DNA of 64,000 nucleotides from Nymphaea colorata (lineage: Eukaryota): NCBI RefSeq assembly GCF_008831285.2, contig NC_045138.2, forward strand, positions 35,340,001 through 35,404,000, given 5' to 3'. The notes under the pieces were generated by a model that had not been told where the DNA came from, searched no databases, and worked only from the letters and a program-made list of their open reading frames with translations. This document shows positions 49,813-64,000 of this stretch, in pieces. Within the stretch, counting starts at the first letter, position 1, and each line of letters opens with the position of its first letter. The translations under genes and the position numbers were made by a program.

Positions 49813-52800
49813 GAGTCGGCGATGCTTCCTACCGGAGGTCAGGTGATCAGGTCAGGGTGGACCGTGAAATGACTCGGGAAAATTAAAGTGTATATTCGTC
49901 GGTAGGTCTTAGTTTAGTTATAAACTTGTTCGTCTTCTCGTTGTAATTAATATTACTTTCTCAATCTTCTCCTCTCCCTTGCGTTCGGTGAGTCTCTCCG
50001 TTTCTCCTCCTTCAATACATACTGCAGTCGTCAATTGCACATTCTCTTCTGTTCTTTCATCTTCTTTGTTCCAGTTAGAGAGAGAGAAGTTCGATTTTTC
50101 TCCTTTTCCATTTCTTCTTCAAATGATATATAACTCTATCATGACAGTGCAACCTAACGGTCAGTTCTCGTTGAGAGAAATTTTAAAAAACATACTGGAA
50201 AAATTGGCTGTAGTAAATAAAACACATACCTAACATTTCCACATTAATTGCTAAAAGTCACGCCTAAGCTTTAAAAGAGATTCACAAAAATATGGCTGAA
50301 AATTTTAATTGTTAAAAATTTAAGTAAAAAAAAAAAATCATTTTACTCTTTTGAAAAAAATAAAGTAGAACTTTATTAATGTGGTTACAATCTTTGAAGA
50401 ACCTTTTTAGTATTAACAAAAAAAGTATCACACAAAAAAGTAAGTTCTGTGAATATGATAAATCATATACTAGTATTATTGGATACAGTGAAGAAGGCTA
50501 ACACAAACTTATGATGAATTCAGAATTTGCCTTTATTAATTGGAAGTTTATTTTTTAAATCACAATTTAAGTTAATATATAATAACTCAGACGGATGTAT
50601 AGTGGAAAACTCGAGTATCCGTTGTAAGGTCATATATGTTTTCAGTTATTGTTAAAATTTCAAGTGTGCTTTTGAAATTTTCCTTTGATGAATTGCAAAT
50701 CACGGAAATAGATGATAGTCCAATCATTATGATTCGCTTAGGAACAGATTGTTGGACGCCAAAATCGGACTTGCAGACTTGTCAAAACAAAAAGGAAAAG
50801 ACGAGCTCCACATTCCAGCAGGTTTAGAAGATTTAAAAGAGAATCAACTACGGAACCGAATGTGGGGGTGGGGATTGTACCCCGTCTCTGCTCATATTTC
50901 TTAAGTTGTTAGAGTTGAAATAAAAACAATAGGTAATATTAATCTGACTTGAATGTTGGCGGATGTAATTAAATTAAATCGGCATACGCATGCAAGCGAA
51001 CATGCCTTAAATCGGCCTCACGTGGGATCAGAGCAGCGGAAGATGTCTAAAAATTCGGTCTCCTCTTTGGCAGTGAAGGGTTGGTACGATGAGCATCCGG
51101 CAAAAGATAGAAGCTGGCGTCGCAAAGTATTGAATTGATGGTTTTCCGACCACCGCTGGCTCCATTAGCTGATGAACACCCAAAACGCACGTTGGCCATC
51201 AGCGAGCAGAGCAGCCTTTTAAAAGGTTGCATTAACGACCTCAGCCTCCCAAAAAGCATCGCCTTTTTGTTCACAAAATGCAAAGCACCTTCTGATGACT
51301 CGTTTCCAAAGCATATATAGTACCTTGTCTTGTCAGACAAGGGAAAGAAAAAGCTACAAGGAGCAAGTTCTTTAATTTGGAGGTAAACAAGACCAAAAAA
51401 ACCTGCCCTCCTCAACATATTTTGGTCTAAGCTGCCAAAAAAAGGAGAGGCCCAGAACTTGTACTGAGATGATGGTCTAACTGGCAGCTGTGGTCGAAGA
51501 AGAAGGTGGTGGTGTTCCCCACCCACCACACCTCCTTCCATCCCATCCCCACTTAAAACTTAACTAAGAAGACCTTTGGAGTCGTTGAGAAAGGGTAAAG
51601 AAGTAGAAGCTTGGGTGCCTTCATTTCATTAAATAGAAAGACAGACATGCTGCAAGCGCATCGCCAAGTTGCAGAATCGGGTCGAGTGGTGGAGAGAAGT
51701 CCAGCGCAGCCCCCACATCCCACATCACATAAATGAGAAATGTTGAAGGAAAAAAGGATGGGCCCTCCCTTGCCTCCTGCAATCGCGTTGCCCTCACGTG
51801 GAGACTTAAAATTAAGGGGCCCCAACCCCAATGTTGACTGCCATCCATTCCATTCCCACCACCAAATCAAGTTAATCGATTCTAACCTTTAATTAATTTA
51901 CTCAGTTAGGAGAAGTATACTCTTTATTTTTACTTTTGCTAATGTAATGTATATATAGTTAATAGTTTCCCTTTGGCTGCAAGACAAATTACGCAAAGCT
52001 GAGAGATAGCAGGAATGTTGACAGAAGAAGAAGAAGAAGAAGATCAACCTTCCACTCGCGAGAAAGAAGTGAAAGGTGGGAGAAGTGTACGTACTGAGCG
52101 TTTCATCGGGCCCCTGACCCATCCGGTGAAACAATAAAGCCTATGCATGTACATATCCCCGCGTATAATACGTCCCCCGCTCCATAGCTATAGCCAAGGG
52201 GGAGGGGGTGGGATGATGTGTACCCTCCGTTCGCATGTGAACCCAACGCCAAATGGGCCACAACCTCTTAAATATGTTATTTGGCCGTGTCTCTGTTCAT
52301 GCTTGGTGTGGAGCCCATGACACCAACCCCGCTCAGATTTTCTCTCCATTCTTCCACAATTGCAGCATGCTGGGGTGAATAACTTCGCTGTCTCGCCACT
52401 GACCATCTTGAACACTAACTAACGTTGTAAATATTTACCTGAAAGGCGATAGAAGATACTTTTGATATGCTTTTGGGGCAAAAACTTGATGCTATTTTCA
52501 TGTTAAAGTTATTTAAAATGATATTTTAGATAAAATCCAATGAAAACCATGCATCAAATTTTAAATTTATAGCTAGACTCCACTAAGTTGCAAATCCTGA
52601 TTGAACACAGGAACAGACATATATAAAAAAGATAGGCCAAAAAACTTATTCTTCAACTCCGCGTCATATTACCAAAATATCTCAATGATTAATAAACTAA
52701 GACAAGCACATCTATCACGCATACATGCTCAACAAACACCATTAAGACTGATCTTGGGTTTCTAGAGAACTGATCAATGAATGAATTGATTTGACAATAG

Positions 52801-54787
52801 ATCAAACCCAAGATCTGTCAAGTCAAGACAAATGCTAGGGTTTACCGTATCAGAGTCCATCCAATGAGCTACAGTAAGTTACATAACTTGTTGCATGGGA
52901 TGGGTTAGCTTAAGCTACATGGATGCAGACACTAACAAAAATCCAAAAGGTGCCTCAGTTTTTTATGAAACCCATAAGATATTGATTGAGCTCCTATATA
53001 TAGCTAGTAAATCTTGTAGACCAAACTTGTAACATTTTTCGCCCAAATTATTGCATTTCAAAGGAAGAAAACGATAAAAATCCATTGAAAGCCTCGACCA
53101 AGTGAGGCAAGAACTGTTAACAGCTGATGCTAAAGTTGCATCGCATATTTACAACAGATGTTGAGGTCGACACAATTATAATACAAATCAAATGATGTTA
53201 CAGCTAACATGAACGTAAAATATCACGATGAATCTGAATTAGAGAAGCCTCACAGAATGCAACAAAAGTCACGTTTCAGGGCTAGTACTATATCCCACCC
53301 AACATCATCTTCTGGACAAAAAGTATAAAACCAATAGAAACAGAAATTCAGTTTAGAATTCTAAAAATCTCATAGCGAAAAAATATTGTGTATAGATTCT
53401 AAATGTGCCAGAGAGGTCATTAGAATGTTGAAACCAAAAACTATCTGGAAACTTTTGAGGAGACAAAGAGAAAGGGAGGGCATGGCGATGAATTTACCCG
53501 AGCGTTTTGAGGAGACAAAGAAAAAGGGAAGGCATGGCGATGAATTTAACATTCCAGCCGAGCGTATCGGATGCTCTGGATCTTGACGTCCTTGGGCACC
53601 TACAAACCAACATCCGTATCAGACGAAAGGAGGCTCTCGAACATGCCGATTACCTCACTGATCTCCGGCTTGCTCTTCATCACGCTCAGCATGATCTTCC
53701 CCGACGGCAATGAATCCTTGATGTTCTCCTTCACCAGCGCCTCCTCGTCTCCCCCAAGTCCCGTGGGGTGAGATAGGGTGTTCTCGTATCCTGCGTTGCC
53801 ACCCCGCCCCTTGGGTTTGAGGAAGGACGAGCCCTGGTAGGAGCGCACCCAGAACTCGCTCCCAGAGATCTAGGGCTAGCAAGGCAGTGAGCTGTTTGAC
53901 GGTGAAAAGGAAGAGGACGCGCTCGCTACCGAGGAGATGAATGGTGACAGCTGCATAGAGGATCCTGATCCTGTTCTCCTCGAACTTGATGGAGCCATCA
54001 AAGGAGAACTCTCTGGCAGGGGCACTCGATTATTTCCAGGGTGTAGGTGAGGCTCTTCTGAAACTCCGCTGATGCTCTAGACCTTTCTGTGTCTTCAATG
54101 GCACCCCAACCATGTCGAAATCCTCGGTGAGGCTCTTCTAAAACTCCGCTGATGCTCTAGTACCCATGAATCTATATGATGAATTTTATTGGCCATGCTA
54201 GCTCTTTTTGCAATCGGGATCAATGTTAGATGCCTCAGTTGATCCTTTGATCTAGGGATACTAGAAGAGTAACCAACCTTCAAGTTTAAAAGTGTTTTCT
54301 CTCTAATTCCTGTTTGCCTTGTTTGTTAATCCTTCAAATAGTAGTTTTGTTAACCTTCTATTGAAGAACTGGTCGCAATGGTCAAGGAGGAACTAGAAAC
54401 CCTTGCATCCCCAAACATTTTTCTCAAGATATGAACAATATCACCAAAATACTTGGAGCACTTCTTGTTGTTCCACCAACAATTTTTCAGGCAACATAAC
54501 AAGTCAGAACTACAAACCCTTAAGCGTATACTCCATTTGGTGGGCTTTGGCCTTTACCTTGGGGCCTGCAGTATGTGGTTTTGGCGACGATTGACATTCT
54601 CAACCTCCTACATATTTAGAACCAAGTTTGAAAAACATATAGCCCTTGGGAATCTCTTTCAATGACTGCTGTACCTCAAAAATGATCTTCAAGTCATATA
54701 AATTGGAAATCAGGCAAAACCTTACGAAGCCCTTGTTCTAAAACCTTCTAGACACACATGTAACACCCTAATCCAAACCCTTTAAAC

Positions 54788-57700
54788 CATGTCACACGGA
54801 TACAGCAGTTTGGGTCAAGTACCGGCGTCGACACGCCGACACGTGGATACGGCTGGATACATTTTGGATCGGGTCTGGGTCAGACCCGATCCAAACCACT
54901 TTCATAACCCGATTTTCTTTTTAAACCTCGTTTTTTTTCACGCTTTACTCTCGACGGTCGACCTTCCTTTACCCTCGACGACTTCCATGGCAGCACAGTT
55001 CGGCAATGGCGGGCGACAGCGACGACCTCCGGCGATCGACGGCGACATCCGGTAGTGTCCGGCGGCAGCCAACGACAGAGAGGTAAGTGTTTTTTCTATT
55101 CTGTTCGATATTAGAAGTTAGGGTTTCAACTTTGATTTGGGGATGTTTTAGATTGGGTATTTCTTGCCGATTTGTGGATGTTTTGGTTTGAAGATTGGAC
55201 AGTTAAGGATCCTATTCTTCAATGCTATGTGTGATATTTTATTTTATTTTTGTTTGATTTTGGTATTTGGGGATTTTACCGATTTGGGGATTTTGCCGAT
55301 TTGGAGATTTTGCCTTCGTTGTTGTTGATGACGCTACATAATGATGAATACGTGATAATAACAATCAAGTGAGATAAGCAGGTTCAGCTACATAGTTGAT
55401 CGCAGCTAGATATTATAGATGAACTCGGCTGTTGCTCAGAAATTAATGATTCTAGCATCCAATCTAGATGGCATTAACAAATAAAATGTTAATTTTAGAA
55501 GTTTATGACATGATAGTATGCATATATATTGTGAAATGCATATATTTTTAGCTACATGACAGATATACGATATTGAAGGAGTTGAAAATTCTTTTAGACA
55601 TGAATGAACTGCTTCTACTTTTTTATCTATGAAGGTTTAGTACGATCATTTACCTTTCTTGAACAAGTTTTCAGCCTTCCTTCTGCTTCTGATATTTTGT
55701 GACTGCATGTTTATACTTTGTCAGTTTGTTGTATTGTTTTATTTCATAAATTTTATGTTCATTATATGCTTTTTCCATCTTTTTATTCTGTTTAATGTAG
55801 TATGGCGAGCAAAGGAAAAATAGTGTCTCAGTCTCAACCTACAAGTTGTGGTTCTGGATTAGCTACGTCTATTGCACACCTACCATTATGGTCATACGTG
55901 AAAATAATGGGGAAACCTCCTGGAGGTGGTGGAAATGTCTTTTTTAAGTATCGTTTTTGTGAGGGAGAGTTCAATGGATCATATACAAGAGTGAAAGCAC
56001 ATCTGTTAAAAATCAGTCAAAAAGGAATTCAACCATGTAAAGATATCAGTAACGAGACTTTGGCTCAGTTGAAGAAAGAACAAAAAGCCTTTGAGAATAA
56101 GAAAAGCACATCATCTGAATCTGGTTACATTGACATTGCTTCAATTTTACATGGTGATATTCAGAATCCTCCCAAAAAAAGAAAAGTTGTTGATGTTCAT
56201 CAGAAATCAATTAAGGATTCATTTAGTTTACAAGGACGGCGAGAATTAGATCTAAAAATGGCGACATTTTTTTATACTAATTGCATACCATTTAATGTAG
56301 CTAGAAGTCCATATTGGAGAGACTTAGTTACATCTATTGCAAATTCTAACTTGACTGGGTATGTTCCCCCTAGTTCTGAAAGGCTTCGCACTGTACTACT
56401 AGAACAACAGATGACTCGAGTGAACAAATTGTTAGAGTATCAAAAGTTCACTTGGGATCGACACGGAGTTTCTATTGTTTCTGATGGATGGACAGATTTG
56501 CAACGACGCCCTCTTATTAATTTCATTGCAACTTCAGCAAATGGACCAATTTTCTCGAAAGCAATAGATGCATCTGGTGAATACAAAAGTGCTGAGTATT
56601 TGAAAAGATTGTTTATGGAAATAATTGAAGAAGTGGGGAAAGATAAGGTTGTTCAACTAATTACAGACAATGCATCTGTATACAGAGCAGCTGGTATTGC
56701 GATAGAAAAGGAGTACCCTCATATCTTTTGGACTGCTTGTGCAGTTCATAGCTTAAATTTGGCTCTAAAGAGTATATGCAATCCACCAAGTAAAGAGCAA
56801 GATCCTCATGCTTATGAATTATGTTCGTGGATTGAAGACTTGGAAAAGGATGTGAGGAATAACAGAAATTTCATAGTAAATCATCAACATGCACTTTCTA
56901 TTTATAACAAGCATTCTGATCTAAAATTATTAAGAGTTGTAGAGACACGTTTCGCATCTCTAATTGTTATGGTCAAAATGATAAAAAGGGTGAAAAGTGC
57001 ATTGATCAGTATGGTGACTGATGATGTTTGGAGTTTCTATCGTGCAGATGATGATGACAAAGCTCAAGCAATCAAAAGATTGATTCTTGAAGACAAGTGG
57101 TGGGATCAAATCTTTTATTTTCTTGCATTAACAAAGCCGATCTGGGAGATGCAGAGAGTTCTTGATTGTGATAATTCAACGTTACACTGTGTGTATGAGA
57201 TGTCGGACACTATGATTGAAAAAATCAAAGAAGTTATTTTTAAGCATGAGAAAAAAAATATTGCACTTGAAGATTCAACATTTTTTTATCATGTGCATAG
57301 AATATTGATTGCAAGATGAGATAAAAGTAGCAATCCTCTTCAATGCATGGCACATACATTAAATCCTAAATATTATGGAAAAAAGTGGCTTGCAGGGGGT
57401 GTTGGAAGAACCCCACCACATCTGGAACCAGAATGATCAACAAACAGATTGACATGTATTAATAGGATTTTCATTAATGTACATCAAAATCGCCGAGCTA
57501 ATAATGAGTTTGAAAGGTTTTCTACTGGAATTGGAGAAGATGTAGGTGCAAGTGCAGACAAAGATGATTATCCATCTATATCTTGGTGGATTAAACATGA
57601 ATGTGCTTATCCTACTTTTCAATACCTTGCTTTCAGATTGCTAGTTAACCTGCTATTCATGCTGTGAGAGAAATTGGAGTACATATTCACAAATCCACAC

Positions 57701-58420
57701 TATAAAACGAAATAATCTCACAAGCAAACGTGCAGGAAATCTAGTTTATGTGCATTCTAACCTTCGACTTCTATCACGGAACAAAGAAGAATATACGTAA
57801 ATTAAGTATATGATTTATTGATTTACATGTTTCTCTTCTTATTCGCTAATATCATAATAATTACAATTTTTTTGACTTGTAGGAAAGGAGAAACTAAAGA
57901 TTGAGACGTGAATGTTGAGGACTTTAACTTAGAACAAGAGAGTGAACTTGAAGTTGTTAATTCAAGATTCGAAGAACCTTGTATTCCATCAACATCTTCT
58001 ATTGTGGAAGAAGAGGAGATTCAGGAGAACGATGATTTGGGCATTGATGATGACTAGAATGATGATGAACAATGTTTTGTGATGAACAATGTTTTGTTTG
58101 AGACTTTCTTGCTTATGTCTTATCACTTATGAGATTGGTGATGAACAATGTTTTGTTTGAGACTTTCTTTCTTATCAGTTATGACTTATGAGTTATGAGA
58201 TTGGTGATGAACAAACAATGTTTTGTTTGAGACTTCCTTATGATTTATGAGCTTGTAAGAGTGAATTATTAATTTGATAATTTCATGTTTTTTTTTATTA
58301 TCATTTTTAATTTTTTTGAATATAATATTCGCTTTGTTCGCGTATCCTAAAATTTTGAAACTTGCCATGTCCGTGTACCCGTACCCATAGGATACCCATA
58401 CCTGTATCCGTGTGACATAG
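54788..58420 (+). mobile_element. hAT DNA transposon, near full length, inactivated
   Basis: Ends CATGTCACACGGATAC ... GTATCCGTGTGACATAG; TSD CTTTAAAC / CCTTAAAC; single-copy empty site CTTTAAAC in the paralogous block near 59885. Confidence 0.93.
55802..58057 (+). pseudogene. hAT transposase (BED zinc finger, DUF659-type DDE core, dimerisation domain), disrupted
   Basis: LWSYV..FCEGEF..RVKAHL, IPFNVARSPYW, SIVSDGWTD, QLITDNAS, WTACAVHSLNL, VETRF. TGA at 57317, then LNPKYY, WW..AYPTFQYLAFRLL, ERNWSTY..KRNNL..LVYVHSNLRL with frameshifts; probable last intron about 57797-57882. Confidence 0.92.
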
Positions 58421-61400
58421 CCTTAAACACACGTGACACCCTAATCATCGACAAGGGTTACTCCCTCAAAAAAAGGAAGTCCACTCAAACATGCGATAAT
58501 CCTAAATGCCATCTGCAGCCCTATTTATAAAGGAATATAGTGTTTCCCTCATGGATCTTTTTTGAACCCTTGACCATAAAAAAAAATAAAATCTCACATG
58601 GAAAAAGAAAATCAAATTAATAAGGCAAGATAAACTACAAGCCTTTCCACCAATGCCCAAAGCAAATGAAGAAAAAAAAATCTATATTCTAAAAGGAAAG
58701 TCAAACTGAACAGTCTTGAACACTAACTAACGTTGCAAATATTTACCTAAAATATCATTTTAAATAACTTTAACTAACAAACAGCTCCTGCTCAATTCGA
58801 GTAAGAACACAAACAAACAATTTGCCGTCCAAATAAGAAATATTCTTGCAAACATTTCTGTCGGAAATTGGTGGCAAAAATTCAAATATCCACCATGACC
58901 CAAGAATTCAGATATCCATCGACCTCCTTCCAGAACCAATTGTAAACTTATGTGAAACACTTGATAATTGCAGCTAATCTCGTATGGTGAAAAACACGCC
59001 CACTCACTTTGCTTACCTTGTGAAACCTGTCTATTAAAAAGGAGACCATTAGTCACAGCCGGATTTGCATTTTCGAAGATTACTCAGTTTGCCACAAGCT
59101 CCCAAAGTCAGGGCAGCAATGGTTAGTGGATTTATTTCCTGCCACCAACAAGAAGAGATCCATTCCAACAAGTAATATAGTTGCTCCTCCATATCGACAA
59201 ACCCTTTAGTCAAGTAAGACTGTCATCACTGGAGTAGCCATGAATCTATATGATGCATTTTATTGGCCATGCTCGTTCTGTTTGCAACTGGGATCAATGT
59301 TAAAGGCTTCAGTTGATCCTTTGATGTAGGGATACTAGAAGAGTAACCACCCTTCAAGTTTAAAAGTGTTTTCTCTCTAACCTTTAGCTTAATTTCCTGT
59401 TTGTCTTGACTTGTTAACCCTTCAAATAGTAGTTTTGTTAACCTTCTATGGAAGAACTGGTCACAATGGTCAAGGAGGAACTAGGCACCCTTGCATCCCC
59501 AAACATTTTTCTCAAGATATGAACAATATCACCAAAATACATGGAGAACTTCTTGCTGTTCCACCAATCAACATCGTATGAAGTGATTTTCCAAGCAACA
59601 TAACAAGTCAAAACTACAAACTTTAAAGCATATGCTCCATTTGGTGGGCTTTGGCCTTTACACTGGGGCCTGCAATATGAGGTTTTGGGGACGATTGACA
59701 TACCCAACCTCCTAAATCCTTTAGAAGCAAGTTTGAAAAGCATATAGCCCTTGGGAGTCCCTTTCAGTGACTGCAGTACCTCAAAAATGATCTTTAAGTC
59801 CTATAAATTGAAAATCAGGCAAAACCTTACAAAACACTCGTTCTAAAACCTTCTAGACACACATGTAACACCCTAATCCAAATCCTTTAAACACACATGT
59901 GACACCCTAATCCTCGATAAGGGTTACTCCCTCAAAAAATGGAAGTCCACTCAAACATGTGATAAAAAAATCCTAAGTGCCATCCGCAACCCTATTTACA
60001 AAGGAATATGATGTTTGCCTCACGGATCTTTTTTGAAACCTTGACCATCAAAGAAAATGAAATCTCACACCGAAAAAGAAATTAATAAGGCAAGCAAAAC
60101 TACAAATCTTTACACAAATTCCAAAGCAAATGAAAAAAATTTCTAAAAGGAAAGTGAAACTGATCCATCTTGAACACTAGCTAACGTTGCAAATATTTAC
60201 CTAAAAGGCAATAGAAGATACTTTTGGTATGCTTTTGGGCCAAAAACTTGATGCTATTTTCATGTTAAAGTTATCTAAAATGATATTTTAGATAAAATCC
60301 AATGAAAACCATGCATCAAATTTCAAATTTATAGCTGGACTCCAGTATGTTGCAAATCCTGATTGAACACAGGAACAGACATATATTAAAAAAGATAGAC
60401 AAAAAAATATGCACTCATATTGTCTTTAACAAAAACAAATAAAAGAATAGCAAAATATAATATTCAAGAGCAACGATACTAACGTAATCACGAAAAATAA
60501 TTCTTGAACTGTGATTGCTTTGAAGGACTAGCCTGTCTTAGATCTTCAATTTGTACTCCAACTCCACAACACGCTGTCTGACCTTTGGTTTCTCCAAAAG
60601 CACCTAATCCTACCATCAACAACTTGAAGCAAAATGAGAACAAAGCAAGCACTAACCTAGAGGAGTAAGAACCTAACTCTAAGCTAGACCTAGTAAATAT
60701 TTTAGTTTACCTTCTAACAACATACTTAAAACAGAAAACAACCAAAATAAACCTACTTTCTAAAATACTTTCTAAACTAAACTAATTGGACTAAGGGTAG
60801 ATGAATGGCAACTTAGTGTCAGATTTAGATGATGATCAAAGAAGCCTAAATGACTTTAACTTAAGTTGTCCTATGCACACATTAGCTGAACTCCAATCAT
60901 GCTTAAAATTAAAAGTCAATTCTGGTAATTTTGAAACATGATTTGGAAGAAGACGTTGAGATTCTGCTGCAAGCAATCCAGTTTCAGCATACAAATGTAT
61001 TTTAGTAATTTATAGAAAAAATCCTATGTTTTTCACATAAATTATGCAATCACCAGGTCAAATCAGATTCCTTGAAAAAAAAATTAAGTTAAACCCAATT
61101 AACTATGATGTCTTTCAGTTCTCAAAACACTATTACACTAGATATGCCGTTGAAAAGCAGGTTGAAGACACCCTGTTAAGATGGAATAATGGTTCAGGTT
61201 TAATCTTCTATCTTGAAAGGCATGTCTCTCTTAAGATAGAGGAGATGATGGGGCATCACACTCAACATGGGTATACATGGGCACACGAGAGGTTTTACGT
61301 ATTCAATTAATGTACTAGTAGCATTGTGGTGAAAGGGCCAGCATTTTTCAAGACCAAAGGGGGATTGGGTTAGTTTCTCTTACGCCTAGAAACCAGAAAA

Positions 61401-64000
61401 TATAACAAGAGATGTCAAGCCTTTAGTTTGAAATAGTTCATAAATCATCCATTAACTCATAAGCTTGAGTGCTCGTGTTCTGTAAGCAATATGACCATTA
61501 TTTACTCACAGTACCATACAAGCATCAGGATCCATTTCACATCAATGTTGTTGAATCTCCAGAAGGGATCCCTCTCAATTTTCAAAATATGAACATAAAG
61601 GAATGGTCTTCAGCGTCTTAGGAAATCAAAAAGAGGAATAGAATTGACCCCAAAACCACACATCTGCAAAAGATTGTTACATTTAATTTCTACAAGTTTA
61701 GCCATCATGCCTTTCATTTCTTGATAGATACCTTTTGCTTTTTCATTTTTTTTCTTCCTTTTTTTTTTCTTCTTTTGCATTTTGATTTTATTTTTCAGGC
61801 CAACCTTCACCTTTGAGGGAATACCTCACCACCCCAAAGGCTACTACGAAGCTCCACCACTTTGGTGGTCATATGTAATTTTGTCTCGTATACAACCCGC
61901 TTTACCTTGTGGGCTTTCAACGATTCAAAAGTTCATAAGTCGTTATCTTCGCGGAATAGACATAAATCAGCTATAATCCTACCCGGTACTCTTGATTACC
62001 GACCTAGAAGAACAACTACACAAGCCTCGAGCCCATCTCTTAACTCTCATTTTGCTACTTGTCAAGATTTTACAGAGCATCATGGCTCCTCTCTCAGAGT
62101 ATTCTCCTGCTAAATCATTGCAGATGCATAATTAACGGAGTCAATAGCATTTCCTATTCTCGACTTTCTCAGCTTCACAGGATTTTTTCTCATTGTTCAT
62201 ACTCAAGATTTTTCGAGTTTTCCTCTTCCATTGATTGACAACAAAAATTTGAAATTTTCTCATGTTACTTGAGGATGTACTAAAAATAAAATGAAGGCAT
62301 ATCATTGTGTGAAAAAATACTTTTAAAACATTTTTAAGCAGATAGAAAAGTTCGTTTTTTAGAAATGATCTTGACATCAAATGAAATATCTCTTTTGAGG
62401 TAGAAACTCTTTTCTCTCTAAAGAGAAGGGTGCTTGACAAACAAGATGGGTTGACTAGGTAAAAAATGAACTTCATCAATTCTCTTATGGGTTGTGGTAA
62501 AAGGTGACGGATAACATGCTAGATCAGATAAGGAGTTTCAAATCCAAATGAACAATGATTTAAATGCAGATGCCTGACCCTGAACTAAATCTGATAACCA
62601 ATCAATCAAATCTGAATATGATCCCAAGTACATTTGATGCTCTAACTAAGGCTTTCCATTGAACAAAAACGTGATCCCATAAATGATATCTAATTTTGAC
62701 AAAGAATTCCGTTGATCAAATATTATGATGTGTGAGAACAAATGAAAAACAATCAATGGTATCAAGCAATGAGAACTGAATTAGATGCCGAACATGCTTT
62801 GACAATTACATATTTGGCTCTTCCGAGTGACCTATTGTGATACCTTGAGAGGCAACCATTGAAATATTGGGAAATGGCTTCCCAAGAGTTTATATGTATT
62901 GCTGTCCTCCTAGTAATGAAACTGGATGAACCTGCACAAGCCACAAATGTCAAAAGATTAATGTGGCACAAAGGAAGCATGACAATGACAATACTATCCA
63001 GATAAATAAAATAATACTGAAATTACTATTGGCAATGGAGCTAAATCACAAAATCTAAGTAAACCAATCACAACTAGCAGTCAAAAATATAAAGCACACG
63101 TACATGGGAATTATGAGGAGCACAAAATACAAGTGATCAACAGGGAGAAAAAAAATTAATGGGTAAGCCTACAATTGAACCGACAGATTCCAACCTACTC
63201 TTTGTCCTGCTTGATTCAACACCAAAAGAGAGACATAAACTAGGACACAAGTCACAAAATACTAAAAGCTCAGGTTCGAATGGGTATCATTCTGAAAAGA
63301 AAATAGATATGAGACAGTTTGGCATGTTGAAGGTCGTTCCCAAGCATGGATGCAACAAAAGCAACAACCAAACTACCGGTGCTTTAGGGTGGGAAAATAT
63401 GAGACATGATAATTTAGAAAACAACCAAGGTTTCCCTTTGCGTGTTCTAGAATGCATTGGCCGTATTGATACAAGAGAAGAAAAAGGGGGCAAGGTGAGA
63501 GACAGCAAACACACAACTAAGAAAGAGGCCAAAACGAGGAGTTTTGCTTTCCTCATTCAACAACGGGACAAAATGAAAAATCAAACGAAAAAGAATTAAC
63601 AGAACAAAATGCAAAAGTATTAACCAAGAATATTAGCTAAAAGAATAAGAACATCGGACTGAGATATTAGGAATAAGAGACAGAGAGAAAGCATGAGAGA
63701 GAGAGAGAGAGAGAGAGTGCACTGTGGTGGAGAGGAGGAGGGGAGCTGCTGCCGCATGGTGAAAGGAGGACGATCCAGGGAACCTTTCAGGAAACGTGCA
63801 AGCCCTAACGGGCAGAAATTTTTGTTCTCATCTTTTTTTATTTTGGGGAGATGGACTGTTGCTTTAATTACGTTACATTTTCTGGAAATCGCCATCTTAA
63901 GGTTTCCTTCTACGGTTTTTTGCTGGATGGTGATGGAGTCTTCCGGGGAAGGACTTGTTTATGGAATCATGGATGATGCTTTCATATATATCCAATTTTA

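Larger units (their letters stand above)
52403..60410. repeat. Local segmental duplication of LINE-like-derived sequence
   Basis: 54159-54787 + 58421-58752 aligns with 59233-60205, and 52403-52645 aligns with 60165-60410. Minus-strand translations give weak L1-RT-like remnants (KGQSPPNG..F..W.I...DV, LTLIP). Confidence 0.75.

Noticed and set aside
48421..49886. Many long overlapping and antisense ORFs (e.g. 48775-49785, 336 aa)
   Set aside because: Shadow ORFs of the GC-rich PKS coding sequence; no motifs of their own.

Overview
Plant (angiosperm) nuclear DNA, rich in transposons. Three genes look intact: an 8-exon APY6-type apyrase (minus strand, 573-11419), a PLS-E/E+ class PPR gene divergent from it (about 13061-14329), and an intronless PHYTOCHROME KINASE SUBSTRATE (PKS4-like) gene (48136-49812). 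A decayed GASA/Snakin gene starts 35 bp downstream of a nested pair of Ty1/copia elements (21712-32565); the inner element sits inside the 5' LTR of the outer one. DNA transposons include five hAT-type MITEs with 8-bp target-site duplications (TSDs) in apyrase introns and a 1.06-kb non-autonomous hAT that appears to have captured the first coding exon of an ARF-B GTPase. A 5.7-kb PIF/Harbinger carries the usual Myb/SANT and DDE genes plus a third ORF resembling the RNase H1 hybrid-binding domain. A near-full-length hAT has its empty site preserved in a neighbouring duplicated block. All family calls come from motif recognition by eye; no database search was run.
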